Below, one piece after another: positions 52,205 to 62,372 of a stretch of 64,000 nt of DNA. Where the stretch lies: positions 1,803 through 65,802 of the forward strand of contig DASVFS010000233.1 of NCBI GenBank assembly GCA_036379915.1, given 5' to 3'. Both the position numbers and the translations under genes were made by a program. The notes under the pieces were generated by a model. The model searched no databases, was not told where the DNA came from, and saw only the letters and a list, made by a program, of their open reading frames with translations. The stretch is from Conexibacter sp. GTDB lineage: Bacteria > Actinomycetota > Thermoleophilia > Solirubrobacterales > Solirubrobacteraceae. The stretch's first letter is position 1, and each line of letters opens with the position of its first letter.

Positions 52205-53857
52205 ATGGCCGTCGCGCCGTCACGCGCGTCGCACGCGACGCACGCCGTCACGAACCAGCCCCCGCCGCTCGAGGGGCTGAACCTCTTCGAGGTCAACCGC
52301 CCGCTCGTCGAGGCGCTCGAGCGCGAGGGCGGCGGCTGGGGCGCCGAGCGGGCCTCGGCCGTCGGCGCGCTGGCCGGCGGCGAGGGGATCCGCCTCGGCT
52401 TCGAGGCGAACGACAACCCGCCGCGGCTGAAGACGCACGACCGCTTCGGCAACCGCGTCGACCAGGTCGAGTTCCACCCGTCCTGGCATCGCCTGATGGA
52501 GAACAGCGTCACGCACGAGGCGCACGCGCTGCCGTGGCGCACCGAGCGAGCGGGCGCGCACGCCGTCCGCACGGCGCTCGGCCTCACCGGCGGGCAGGTC
52601 GAGGCGGGCCACGGCTGCCCGATCACGATGACGTTCGCGGCGATCCCGGCGCTGCGCGCGCAGCCCGACGTGCTCGCCGCCTGGGAGCCGCGCCTCACGT
52701 CGACGAGCTACGACCCGCGCGACGTCCCGGCCGACGAGAAGACCGGCGCGCTGTGCGGCATGGGCATGACGGAGAAGCAGGGCGGCTCCGACGTGCGCAC
52801 GAACGCGACGGTCGCGAAGCCGGTCAACGGCGGCGGCCCGGGCGCCGAGTACGAGCTGACCGGGCACAAGTGGTTCACCTCCGCCCCGATGTGCGATCTC
52901 TTCCTGATCCTCGCGCAGGTCGAGGACGCGGGGATCTCGTGCTTCGCGATGCCGCGCTGGCGCCCGGACGGCGAGCGCAACGGCTTCCAGCTGCAGCGGC
53001 TGAAGGACAAGCTCGGCAACCGCTCGAACGCCTCCAGCGAGATCGAGTTCCGCGGCGCGTGGGCGCAGCTGATCGGCGAACCGGGCCGCGGCGTCCCGAC
53101 GATCATCGAGATGGTCAACCACACGCGGCTCGACTGCGTGACCGGGTCGGCGGCGGGGATGCGCTGGGCGGTCGCGCTCGCGACCCACCACGCCGCCCAC
53201 CGCAGCGCCTTCGGGAAGCTGCTGATCGAGCAGCCGCTGATGACGAACGTGCTCGCCGACCTGTGCGTCGAGTCGGAGGCGGCGACGCTGTCGGCGATGC
53301 GCCTCGCGCGCGCCTACGACGAGCAGGATCACGCGTTCAAGCGGATCGCCACGGCGGTGTTGAAGTACTGGATCTGCAAGCGCACGCCGCCGCACGCGGC
53401 GGAGGCGCTGGAGGTCCTGGGCGGCAACGGCTACGTCGAGGAGTCGGGCCTGCCGCGGCTCTATCGCGAGGCGCCGTTGAACTCCGTGTGGGAGGGCTCC
53501 GGGAACGTCATGTGCCTCGACGTGCTGCGCGCGCTGATCAAGGAGCCGGAGGCCGCGCCGGCGCTGTTCGCCGAGCTCGACGAGTCGGCCGGCGCGGACG
53601 CGCGGCTCGACGCGCACGTCGCGAAGCTGCGCGCCGAGCTGTCCGATCCGGTCGAGATCGAGGCGCGGGCGCGGCGCGTGGTGGAGGCGATGGCGCTGGC
53701 GCTGCAGGGGTCTCTGGTCGTGCGCTACGCGCCGCGGGAGGTCGCCGACGCGTTCTGCGCCTCACGCCTCGCCGGCGACGCCGGCCACGTGTTCGGCACG
53801 CTGCCGGCCGGGCTGGACTTCCGCGCGATCGTGGACCGGCATCGGCCGGTGCTCTGA
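52205..53857 (+). CDS. AidB-like acyl-CoA dehydrogenase
   Basis: HAVTNQPPPL, GCPITMT, MTEKQGGSDV, KDKLGNRSNAS, WEGSGN. Confidence 0.92.
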   Translation: MAVAPSRASHATHAVTNQPPPLEGLNLFEVNRPLVEALEREGGGWGAERASAVGALAGGEGIRLGFEANDNPPRLKTHDRFGNRVDQVEFHPSWHRLMENSVTHEAHALPWRTERAGAHAVRTALGLTGGQVEAGHGCPITMTFAAIPALRAQPDVLAAWEPRLTSTSYDPRDVPADEKTGALCGMGMTEKQGGSDVRTNATVAKPVNGGGPGAEYELTGHKWFTSAPMCDLFLILAQVEDAGISCFAMPRWRPDGERNGFQLQRLKDKLGNRSNASSEIEFRGAWAQLIGEPGRGVPTIIEMVNHTRLDCVTGSAAGMRWAVALATHHAAHRSAFGKLLIEQPLMTNVLADLCVESEAATLSAMRLARAYDEQDHAFKRIATAVLKYWICKRTPPHAAEALEVLGGNGYVEESGLPRLYREAPLNSVWEGSGNVMCLDVLRALIKEPEAAPALFAELDESAGADARLDAHVAKLRAELSDPVEIEARARRVVEAMALALQGSLVVRYAPREVADAFCASRLAGDAGHVFGTLPAGLDFRAIVDRHRPVL

Positions 53858-53905
53858 GGCCGGCGCTCCGCTCCAGCGTTCGCCGAGCCCGCCGCGTGAA
53901 CTGTG

Positions 53906-54089
53906 GGCATCGAGGGGGAGGGAGCCGTTGCGCCACCGCCCGGTTCTTCCGAGCTGTGTCGCTCAGGGTCCCTATACGACCCCCTCCGTGACACACGTAG
54001 ATTCGGTGCATGCCAGACCGGGTGCCAGCCCCGGTCGAGGGCGAGGACGCGGCCGGGGCGCGGACCCCGCCGCACTTCCCCCTCGATGC
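53906..54089 (+). ncRNA. Candidate structured ncRNA, 184 nt, 6S-RNA-like
   Basis: 15-bp closing stem GGCATCGAGGGGGAG/CTTCCCCTCGATGCC; nested CGCCC/GGGCG, CCGAG/TTCGG, TGTGTCGC/GTGACACA, GGGTC/GACCC; wobble pairs favour + strand; lies between convergent genes. Confidence 0.6.
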
Positions 54090-54134
54090 CATCGGCGGCA
54101 CGGCGAGCGCGAGCCGGCGCCCGAGCGGAGCGCC

Positions 54135-55631
54135 TCAGCCGTCGAGCCCGTAGATCGGGCGCAGCTTGCCGTTCAGGTAGTCGAGGAACGGCTGCACCGC
54201 GATCGGGCCGCCCGTCGCGCGGCGCACCAGCTCGCGCGGCGGATGCGTCCGCCCGAACCGGTGCACATGCGAGCCCAGCCACGCCCGCAGCGCCGATCCG
54301 TCGCCGGCGGCCAACTGCGAGTCGAGCCCCGGCAGGTCCGCGCGCGCCCGCTCCCACAGCTGCGCCGCGATCAGGTTGCCGAGCGCGTAGGTCGCGAAGT
54401 AGCCGATGTCGCCGCCGGACCAGTGGACGTCCTGCAGCACGCCGGCCGCGTCGTTCGGCACGTCGACGCCGAGGTAGCGCTTCATCCGCGCGTTCCACTC
54501 CTCGGGCAGGTCCTCGAGCGCGACCGTGCCGGCGATCATCGCGCGCTCCAGCTCGAAGCGCAGGATGATGTGCAGTCCGTACGTCGCCTCGTCGGCCTCG
54601 ACGCGGATCAGCGACGGCTGGACCTTGTTGACGGCGCGGTAGAACGCCTCGGCGTCGACCGCGCCGAAGCGCTCCGGAAAGACCTCCCGCAGCTGCCCGT
54701 GCAGCCAGCCGGCGAACGGCCGGCCGCGCCCCACGACGTTCTCCCACAGACGCGACTGCGACTCGTGCACCCCGAGCGAGACGCCCTCGCCGAGCGGCCC
54801 GCGGGCAAGGGCCGGATCGACCTGCGCTTCGTAGAGGCCGTGGCCGAGCTCGTGGATCGCGCCGTACAGCGCCATCCCGACGTAGGCGCCGTCGTAGCGC
54901 GTCGTGAGCCGCACGTCGCCCGGTCCGAAGCTCGTCGCGAACGGGTGCGCCGCCTCGTCGAGCCGCCAGCCGTCGGCCGTCCAGCCGAGCCGCTCGACGA
55001 CGCGGTGCACGAGCCTGCGCTGGCCGTCGAGCGGGAAGTCGCCGTGCAGCACGGACGCGTCGACCGCGTCCGCACGCTCGGCGATCGCCGCGATCAGCGG
55101 CACGAGCCCGGCCCGCAGCTCGGCGAACAGCGCGTCGACCTCGGCGCTCGTCATGCCCTCCTCGTAGTCGTCGAGCAGCACGTCGTAGGGGTCGTCGTAG
55201 CCGTCGAAGCACTCGACGTAGCGCAGCTTCAGCTCGACGTTGCGGCGCAGGAACGGCAGGAAGGCGGCGAAGTCGGCGCGCTCGCGCGCGTCGACCCACG
55301 CCTGGTGGCCGAGCGCGCCGGCGCGCGCCAGCTCGGCGGCGAGCTCTGACGGGACGCGGCGCGCCTTGTCCCAATCGCGCCGCGTCACGCGCACGAGCGC
55401 CTCGTCCGTGGACCCCGGCTCGGGACGGGCGTCATCGAGCAGCCGCCCGATCGCCTCGTCGGTGAAGCGCTCGTGGATCAGCTTGCCGAGCGTGCCGAGC
55501 TGCTCGGCCCGCTGCGGCGCGGCGCGCTCGGGCATCATCGTCTGCTGGTCCCAGCCGAGCAGGCCGCCGGCGGCGTTCAGGTCGGCGATCTCCGCGAGTC
55601 GCTCGCGCAGCTCGGTCAGGGCGTCGCTCAT
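54135..55631 (-). CDS. Carboxypeptidase M32 (Taq-type)
   Basis: LGWDQQT.MP, HPF, HELGHGLYE, HESQS, IRVEADE, LQDVHW. Confidence 0.96.
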   Translation of the reverse strand: MSDALTELRERLAEIADLNAAGGLLGWDQQTMMPERAAPQRAEQLGTLGKLIHERFTDEAIGRLLDDARPEPGSTDEALVRVTRRDWDKARRVPSELAAELARAGALGHQAWVDARERADFAAFLPFLRRNVELKLRYVECFDGYDDPYDVLLDDYEEGMTSAEVDALFAELRAGLVPLIAAIAERADAVDASVLHGDFPLDGQRRLVHRVVERLGWTADGWRLDEAAHPFATSFGPGDVRLTTRYDGAYVGMALYGAIHELGHGLYEAQVDPALARGPLGEGVSLGVHESQSRLWENVVGRGRPFAGWLHGQLREVFPERFGAVDAEAFYRAVNKVQPSLIRVEADEATYGLHIILRFELERAMIAGTVALEDLPEEWNARMKRYLGVDVPNDAAGVLQDVHWSGGDIGYFATYALGNLIAAQLWERARADLPGLDSQLAAGDGSALRAWLGSHVHRFGRTHPPRELVRRATGGPIAVQPFLDYLNGKLRPIYGLDG

Positions 55632-55709
55632 TCGAGGTCCTATCGGATGGGTTGGCCGGATGGTGGAGCGCCGCCAGGAGCCTTGCGCGCGCTGTGCCAC
55701 CATTCCACC

Positions 55710-56891
55710 ATGTTCGGGCGTCCCGGATCGATTCAGCTGGCGCGCATCTTCGGCATCCGCGTGGGCGTCGACGCCAGCTGGTTCGTCGTGCTGTTCCTCG
55801 TGATCTTCTGGCTGTCGGGCTCCTTCCAGGAGACGCTCGGCAGCTCGGACACGACCGCCTACCTGACCGCGGTCGCGAGCGCGCTGCTGCTGTTCGCCTC
55901 GATCGTCGTGCACGAGCTGGGCCATGCGCTCGCCGCGCGGCGCCACGGCATCGAGGTCGCGGGCATCACGATCTCGCCGCTCGGCGGGTTCGCGCTGATG
56001 AGCCGCGAGAGCCGCACGCCGCGCGAGGAGCTGGACGTCGCCGCCGCCGGGCCGCTCGCGACGCTGGCGATCGTCGTCGCGAGCGTGCTGGCGGGCTTCG
56101 CGCTCGTCGGTCCCGAGCGCTTCGTCGACGCGGCGCTGCTCGCCACGGGCGCGGACGTCACGCCGGTGCTGCTGACGATCGGCTTCCTCGTGACGATGAA
56201 CCTGATCGTCCTGCTGTTCAACCTGATCCCCGCCTACCCGCTCGACGGCGGGCGGATCGTGCGGGCGCTCGTGTGGCGCGCGACGGGCGATCGCAACCGC
56301 GGCACGCGCGTCGCCGCGCGACTCGGCCAGGCCTTCTCGATCGTGCTGATCGGCGGTGGCCTGTGGGTGACGATCGGGCTCGCGAGCCTGGTCGGGATCT
56401 GGTTCGTGCTCGTCGGGCTGATGATCGGTGGCGCCTCGCGCGCGCTGCTCGCGCAGACCGCGATCACGGAGCAGCTCGAGGACGTGCGCGTCGGCGACAT
56501 CATGGACGCCGACCCCGTGAGCGTCCCGGACGAGCTGCCGGCCGCACGCGCGCTCGACGAGTTCTTCCTGCGGTACCGCTGGCCGTGGTTCCCGGTCGTC
56601 GACGCCGCCGGCCGCTTCGTCGGCGTGCTGCGCGAGGAGGGCGCCCGCCGCGCGGTCGAGACGGGAGCGAGCGGAGACCATGTCCTCGTGAGAGAGCTGA
56701 TGGAGGCCGACGAGGCCGGTCGCTGGCGAATCGACGAGGACCAGTCGCTGCGGGCGCTGCTCGACGCCGACGGCCTGCGCACGCTCGGGGCGATGATGGT
56801 GCTCGACGGCGGCGGCGTGCTGCGCGGCGTCGTGACGCTCGGCCGCCTGCGGCGCGCGCTGCGCGCCGCGGTCGGCGGCGGGCGGCCCTAG
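55710..56891 (+). CDS. Site-2 protease (M50) with CBS domains
   Basis: HELGH, AGP, FNLIPAYPLDGG, C-terminal CBS pair. Confidence 0.94.
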   Translation: MFGRPGSIQLARIFGIRVGVDASWFVVLFLVIFWLSGSFQETLGSSDTTAYLTAVASALLLFASIVVHELGHALAARRHGIEVAGITISPLGGFALMSRESRTPREELDVAAAGPLATLAIVVASVLAGFALVGPERFVDAALLATGADVTPVLLTIGFLVTMNLIVLLFNLIPAYPLDGGRIVRALVWRATGDRNRGTRVAARLGQAFSIVLIGGGLWVTIGLASLVGIWFVLVGLMIGGASRALLAQTAITEQLEDVRVGDIMDADPVSVPDELPAARALDEFFLRYRWPWFPVVDAAGRFVGVLREEGARRAVETGASGDHVLVRELMEADEAGRWRIDEDQSLRALLDADGLRTLGAMMVLDGGGVLRGVVTLGRLRRALRAAVGGGRP

Positions 56892-59017
56892 CCGTAGAAC
56901 CAGGCGATCGTCAGCAGCTGGCCGAACAGGCCGAGCGTCACCGCGCTCGAGACGATCGCGACGCCGACGGACCTGCCCCAGCGCTCGCCGGCGCCGCGCG
57001 CGCCGAGCGCGAGCAGCGCGCCGAACAGCGGCAGCAGCGGCAGCAGGTAGCGGCCCTGCACTATCGAGATGAGATGGCGGCGCAGGTCGGCCGAGAGGCC
57101 GATCAGCATCAGCAGGGCGCCTGCCATCGCGACGTAGCCGAACAGCTCGCCGCGCCGCCAGCGCAACTCGCGCGGGTCGGCGCGCAGCACGCGGACGACG
57201 AGCAGCGCGACGAGCGCCAGCCCGACCGCCACCAGCTCGTACACCGCTCTCGGGAACCACACGGCCATCGGGCCGAACGCGCCGACGAACGACTCGAACA
57301 GCTGCCGATAGCCCGCTTCGGTGAGCGCCGTCGGCGGCTGGAACGGCAGGCGCGGCAGGAACACCTGCCACACGTAGCCGACGTGCGCCCAGAGCCCGAC
57401 GTGGCTTTCGGGCGCGACCGGGCGAGCCGCCAGCACCGAGCGGTTCCATGCGAGCGCCTCGAACACTGCACCCGCGGCGAACAGCCCCACGCCCAGCAGC
57501 GCCGCGCCGCCGACCATCCGCACGACGCGCCGGTCCCATGCGAAGGTCGTGCGGCGCGCAGCCAGCGCGAAGCCGAGCAGCGCACCGGGCACGAGCGCGT
57601 AGGCGTTGACCTTGGTGAGCATCCCCGCTCCGACCAGCGCGCCGAGCGCGAGCGCGCCCCGCATCGTGGCGCCGCGCCGCCACGCCCGCGCGACGCACAG
57701 GAACAGCGCCGCCGCGATCGCGAGCAGCAGCGCGTCGGGGTTCACCCCCCCGGCGACGAAGCCGAGCATCGGCGTCGCGGCGACGGCGAGCCCGCCGACC
57801 GTCCACGCCCACGGCTCGGCCGGCAGGCACTCGCGCACGAAGCGGAAGCACAGCAGCGCCGTGAGGCCGGCGAGCAGCGCCGAGCCGAGGCGCATCAGCA
57901 TGAGGCGATCGAGCAGCGAGCGGCCGTCGGCGACGCGGGAGGGGATCGCCTCGAGCGCGTAGTAGAGCGGCGGCTCGGGCTCCGCTTCGCCGGCCGCGAT
58001 CGTCGGCGTGCGCGACAGCGGCCGCGCGAGGTCGGCCGCCAGCTGCCGTTCACCCTGGCGCGACCAGGCGGCGGCGCGGTAGGTCCAGGCTCCGACGCTG
58101 CCGAAGCCGACGTCGCGCATGATCGTCGCCTGCTCGCGCGAGAGCACGAGCGCAGGCGGGCGCCCCGGCGGCCTGCCCGTCTCGGCGAGCGATTGGGCGT
58201 ACGCCACGTGCCCGACCTCGTCCGGCACCTGGAAGGGCGGCGTGACGAGCGACCAGGCCGCCGCGTTGAGCACCGCGACGGACGCGATCGCGAGGCCGAG
58301 CCGCGGCGTGGAGCGGTCCAGCACGAGCGCGCGCACGACGACGAACCCGGTCAGCAGCAGCGATGCGGCGAGCAGCGCGACGACGGCCCACCCGTGCCAG
58401 CACAGGCCGCCGTGCCCGTGGTCGCCGCAGATCCGCTCGGCGAGCGTCGCCGCGAAGCCCCACCACGAACTGCGCTCCGTTCGATACGCGATCGCGATCG
58501 ACGTGCCGGCGAACGTCTGGCCAGCCCTCGCCGCGCCGACGCCGGGGGGCGTGAAGCCGCGCCCGAGCGAGGCCGGCGCGCGCATCTCCAGGCACACGCG
58601 GACGTCGTCGAGCGTGGTCGGCGTCCGCCCGATCGGCGCGCGCAGGACCATCGCCCTGCCGTCGACCGCCGCCTCGGCGGTGGCGATCGTCCGTCCGTGA
58701 CGGCTGAGGGTCACGAGCGGCGGCGCCGCCGTGACCCCCGTTATCTCGAGCGCCGTCGTGCCGGCGGGCAGCAGCTCGCGTCCCTGGCACACGGTCGTGC
58801 CGGCCGGCGCGATCAGCTGCGCCTGGGGAAGCACGCCGTTCGTGCCGGAGCGGTGCCGCTCGGAGCGGGACAGCGCGATCGCGAGACCCGCGGCGAGCGC
58901 GACGACGGCGAGCAGGCCACAGGCCAGCGCCCGTCGGTCGAGCGTCCGCCGGTCGGCGCGCGGCGCTTCGTGCGACGCCGCTCGCCCCGCCTCCCGACGG
59001 GTGTCCAGAAACGTCAT
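56888..59017 (-). CDS. DUF2142/GT-C-like integral membrane glycosyltransferase
   Basis: PPFQVPDE.GH, PPLYY, NPD, LTK, QGRYLLP; many TMs; extra N-terminal extracellular domain. Confidence 0.8.
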   Translation of the reverse strand: MTFLDTRREAGRAASHEAPRADRRTLDRRALACGLLAVVALAAGLAIALSRSERHRSGTNGVLPQAQLIAPAGTTVCQGRELLPAGTTALEITGVTAAPPLVTLSRHGRTIATAEAAVDGRAMVLRAPIGRTPTTLDDVRVCLEMRAPASLGRGFTPPGVGAARAGQTFAGTSIAIAYRTERSSWWGFAATLAERICGDHGHGGLCWHGWAVVALLAASLLLTGFVVVRALVLDRSTPRLGLAIASVAVLNAAAWSLVTPPFQVPDEVGHVAYAQSLAETGRPPGRPPALVLSREQATIMRDVGFGSVGAWTYRAAAWSRQGERQLAADLARPLSRTPTIAAGEAEPEPPLYYALEAIPSRVADGRSLLDRLMLMRLGSALLAGLTALLCFRFVRECLPAEPWAWTVGGLAVAATPMLGFVAGGVNPDALLLAIAAALFLCVARAWRRGATMRGALALGALVGAGMLTKVNAYALVPGALLGFALAARRTTFAWDRRVVRMVGGAALLGVGLFAAGAVFEALAWNRSVLAARPVAPESHVGLWAHVGYVWQVFLPRLPFQPPTALTEAGYRQLFESFVGAFGPMAVWFPRAVYELVAVGLALVALLVVRVLRADPRELRWRRGELFGYVAMAGALLMLIGLSADLRRHLISIVQGRYLLPLLPLFGALLALGARGAGERWGRSVGVAIVSSAVTLGLFGQLLTIAWFYG

Positions 59018-59217
59018 CGTCCCCCGATCGATGCGGTCGCCGCGCCGTCATCCCGGCGCGTTCGACGCCATAGCCCATGGCCGTACGGCGTATCCCCTGT
59101 CTAACGGGAATCCTAGAGACGTCAGACGGATGACGCCACCCGCTCTTACCGCTTTCATCCCGGACGCTCGTCCACCGCCGGGCGGCCGTCCCGCCGACCG
59201 ACTAGCATCCGCGCCGC

Positions 59218-60012
59218 ATGGGCTCCCCGCTCCGCTCCACCGCCGACGCGCTGCGCCGCTCCGCCCGCTCGGTCGTCCAGCGCAGCGGACGCGAGCAGCA
59301 GGCGCGCGTCGTCGTGGGCCGCATGCGCGAAGCGCGCTCGGCGTTCGACCCGTCCGCGCGGCGGATGCTGCGCGACGAGCACGCGATGCGCGTCGTGCTC
59401 GCCGCCGCGCTGCGACGCGACGGCAACGCGATCGACGTCGGCGCCAACCGGGGCGACACGCTCGAGATGATCCTCGCGGTCGCGCCCGACGGCCGCCATG
59501 TCGCGTACGAGCCGATCCCGTTCCTGGCGCAGCAGCTCACCGCCAGATATCCGCAGGTCGACGTGCGCAACGCCGCCTGCTCCGACGAGGCCGGCAGCGC
59601 CGAGTTCACCCACGTGTTGGGCGCGCCCGCGATGAGCGGCCTGCGCCAGCGCGAGGACCTGCCGGCGCACGCCGCCCAGGTCGAGCGCATCACCGTCCAG
59701 CTCGACAAGCTCGACGACGCGCTGCCCGACGGCTACGTCCCGTCGCTCGTGAAGATCGACGTCGAGGGCGCGGAGCTGCTCGTGATGCGCGGCGCGGCCG
59801 AGACGCTCGCGCGGCACCGTCCGTTCGTGATCTTCGAGCACGGGATCGGCGGCGCCGACCTGTACGGCTCCCAGCCGGGCGAGCTGTTCGACCTGCTCGC
59901 CGACTGCGGCCTGCGGATCTTCGACCTCGAAGGCGACGGCCCCTACACGCGCGACGGCTTCGAGGCCGTCTTCAGCGAGCCGATCTGGAACTTCCTCGCG
60001 GCGCCGGCCTGA
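59218..60012 (+). CDS. FkbM family methyltransferase
   Basis: IDVGANRG, YEP, KIDVEGAE, IFE. Confidence 0.93.
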   Translation: MGSPLRSTADALRRSARSVVQRSGREQQARVVVGRMREARSAFDPSARRMLRDEHAMRVVLAAALRRDGNAIDVGANRGDTLEMILAVAPDGRHVAYEPIPFLAQQLTARYPQVDVRNAACSDEAGSAEFTHVLGAPAMSGLRQREDLPAHAAQVERITVQLDKLDDALPDGYVPSLVKIDVEGAELLVMRGAAETLARHRPFVIFEHGIGGADLYGSQPGELFDLLADCGLRIFDLEGDGPYTRDGFEAVFSEPIWNFLAAPA

Positions 60013-60027
60013 GCCGCCGCGCTCCCG

Positions 60028-61188
60028 TCAGCCGCCCGCGGCGCGCGCCGCCTGCCGCACCACGCCCCACGCCGGCTTGCGGGAGCCGTTCGCGCGCAGC
60101 AGGCCGAACCAGCCCTCGCGGTCGTCGCGCGCACGTCCCGGGAAGTCGTGCAGGTGGTAGACGAAGACGGCTCGCACGTGGTCGGACAGCGGTCTGCGCC
60201 GCACGCGCGCGAACACCTGGGCGAGCCGCTGCGCCTGTTCCTGCTCGGAGCCGCAGTCGGGCCGCGAGTCGCAGGTGCTCCAGCCGATCTCGGTGATCCA
60301 CAACGGCACGCGACTCGCGCCGAGCGCCGTCAGCTCGCGCGCGATCGCTTCCACGCGCTCGAAGCGGAACGGCAGCGGGATCCCGTCGTCGGCGCCGGGC
60401 GTACCGAACACGTAGGGGTGGACGGCGACCCCGTCGACCAGGCGCATCAGCCCGGGGTCGGCCGCCGCGAGCGCCGGCAGCCAGCGCTGGCGCCGGCCCG
60501 TCGCGTCGAGGTAGGTCATGTCGGCGGCCATCAGCCAGCGCGTCGCGCGGTTGGCGGCGCGTCCCGACACCGTCGCCGCTCGCACCATCGCCGCGTAGCG
60601 GACCGGATCGATGCCCGTGGTCGAGAAGAAGCGGTAGTACGGCTCGTTCCAGATCTCGAACCACTGCGGCGCGAACCGGCTGTCGAGCCGCGGATGCGCA
60701 CGCCAGAACGTCCCGCCGGGGCCGTAGCGCGCCGCCGCGCGCGCCGCGAACGCGCCGAACGCCTGCGTGTCGTTCGGCAGCGCGAAGCGCCCGGCGCCGG
60801 CCCACCAGGGCGTCCCGAGCAACAGCGGCAGCACATGCAGGCGCGCACGCGTCGCGGCCACCAGCAGCGTGTCGAACTGACGCCACCGATAGTGGCCCCG
60901 CGTGCGCTCGATCGACGACCACGACAGCTCCTCGCGGATCCAGCGCACGCCGAGCGCGCGGGCGCGCCCGAGCTCGAGGCGCCGGCGACGGTCGCTGCCG
61001 GCGCCGAGTGCGTTGAGGATCAGGCCGGCGCGCAGCGGCGGGGCCCCTCTCGGCGGCGGCGGGACGGTGACGGAGCCGGCCTCGCCGGCGCAGCCGGCGA
61101 GCGCCGCGCACGCGAGCAGCGCCGCGACGAGCCCGCACCCGAACAGCCGTCCGAGGGCGGTCGACCGCTCGCTTCCCACCGATTTCAT
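60028..61188 (-). CDS. Clan GH-A glycoside hydrolase lipoprotein (GH39/GH5-like)
   Basis: Lipobox LAGC, WIREELSW, EIWNEP, VHPY, WITEIGW, FGLL. Confidence 0.82.
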   Translation of the reverse strand: MKSVGSERSTALGRLFGCGLVAALLACAALAGCAGEAGSVTVPPPPRGAPPLRAGLILNALGAGSDRRRRLELGRARALGVRWIREELSWSSIERTRGHYRWRQFDTLLVAATRARLHVLPLLLGTPWWAGAGRFALPNDTQAFGAFAARAAARYGPGGTFWRAHPRLDSRFAPQWFEIWNEPYYRFFSTTGIDPVRYAAMVRAATVSGRAANRATRWLMAADMTYLDATGRRQRWLPALAAADPGLMRLVDGVAVHPYVFGTPGADDGIPLPFRFERVEAIARELTALGASRVPLWITEIGWSTCDSRPDCGSEQEQAQRLAQVFARVRRRPLSDHVRAVFVYHLHDFPGRARDDREGWFGLLRANGSRKPAWGVVRQAARAAGG

Positions 61189-62351
61189 GCGAGGGTGGTA
61201 GCGCGCGCGCCGGACGCCACCATCTGCTCGTAGAGCTCCAGCAGCGGGAGCGTCGCGGGCGATGGCGCGTGGTGGTCGGCGAACGTGGCATGCGCGGCGT
61301 CGCCGGCGACCTGGCGCGCCTGCGCGTCTTCGAGCAGGGCGGCGGTCGCGTCGGCGAGGGCGCCGTCGTCGACGTCGACGACGAGCCCGCCCCGCCCGCC
61401 GATGCCCTCCGCGCCGTCGGGCGTGGTGACCACCGGCACGCCGAGCGCGAGCGCCTCGAGCACCTTGATCTTTGCGCCGCTGCCGCGCCCGAGCGGGTAC
61501 AGCAGCACGCCGAGCTCGCGCAGGAAGGCGGTCGCCGACGGGACGGTGCCGCGCCACTCGACGCCGGGCAGGTCGGGCAGGTGCGCGAACGCGCTCCGCT
61601 CCATCCCGAAGCCGGCCAGCAGCAGACGCGCGTCCGGCCGGCGTTCGAGCACGCGCGGCCACACCGACGTCAGCAGCCGGTCGACCGCGTTCGCCGTCGG
61701 CGGCCACACGGCGGTGCCGATCAGCCCGGCGACCGGCGCGTCGAGCGGCGCCCGCGGCGCGTAGACCGCCGGATCGAGCGGCAGCGGCGCGACCGCGACG
61801 TGCGCGTGCGGCGCGCTGCGCGTGAGCGGCTCGGCGACCTCGCGCGAGTTCACCAACAGCCATCTCGTCTGCCCGAACACGCGGCGCTCGGCGCGCAGCA
61901 GCTCGAGCGCGGTGCGGCCGTCGCTCGTCCACGGCGGACGAATGTCCCGGTCTCGGCGCGTCAGGCAGTGGATCTGCACGACCGCCGGCCGATCAACGAG
62001 GGGAATGAGCGACGAGGCGGCCAGCTCGACGAAGTGGACGGCGTCGGCGTCGCGCGCCCGCTCCTGCACGAGCGGCGCGAACGACGTCGTGCCGAGCAGG
62101 GCGTACGGCTTCGCGAAGCGCAGCCAGCGCGTGCGCCCGCGGCCGGGGTGGGCGACCGGCACGAGCTCGATCGGCAGGTCGTCCGGGACGTCGATGCGAC
62201 GCTCGTCGCGCATGTCGTTGCGCAGGTCGGCCGCGAGCACCTGGAGCTCGACCCCATGAGCCACGAGGCCGCGCAGCATCCCGATCGCGCACCGCGAGGC
62301 CGCTCCGCCCTCGACAAGTGGTGGAAACGGCAGGACGACGAGGACGCGCAA
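61185..62351 (-). CDS. Glycosyltransferase family 4
   Basis: WPPT..A, GSGAKIKVLEALALGVPVVTT..G.EG; TTG start inferred. Confidence 0.88.
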   Translation of the reverse strand: MRVLVVLPFPPLVEGGAASRCAIGMLRGLVAHGVELQVLAADLRNDMRDERRIDVPDDLPIELVPVAHPGRGRTRWLRFAKPYALLGTTSFAPLVQERARDADAVHFVELAASSLIPLVDRPAVVQIHCLTRRDRDIRPPWTSDGRTALELLRAERRVFGQTRWLLVNSREVAEPLTRSAPHAHVAVAPLPLDPAVYAPRAPLDAPVAGLIGTAVWPPTANAVDRLLTSVWPRVLERRPDARLLLAGFGMERSAFAHLPDLPGVEWRGTVPSATAFLRELGVLLYPLGRGSGAKIKVLEALALGVPVVTTPDGAEGIGGRGGLVVDVDDGALADATAALLEDAQARQVAGDAAHATFADHHAPSPATLPLLELYEQMVASGARATTLA

Positions 62352-62372
62352 GGCTGCGAGAGTATTCCACAC

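Noticed and set aside
53906-54089. Riboswitch or simple bidirectional terminator reading of the structured region
   Set aside because: Not upstream of any gene, and far longer and more branched than a terminator; no SRP, RNase P or tmRNA motifs.
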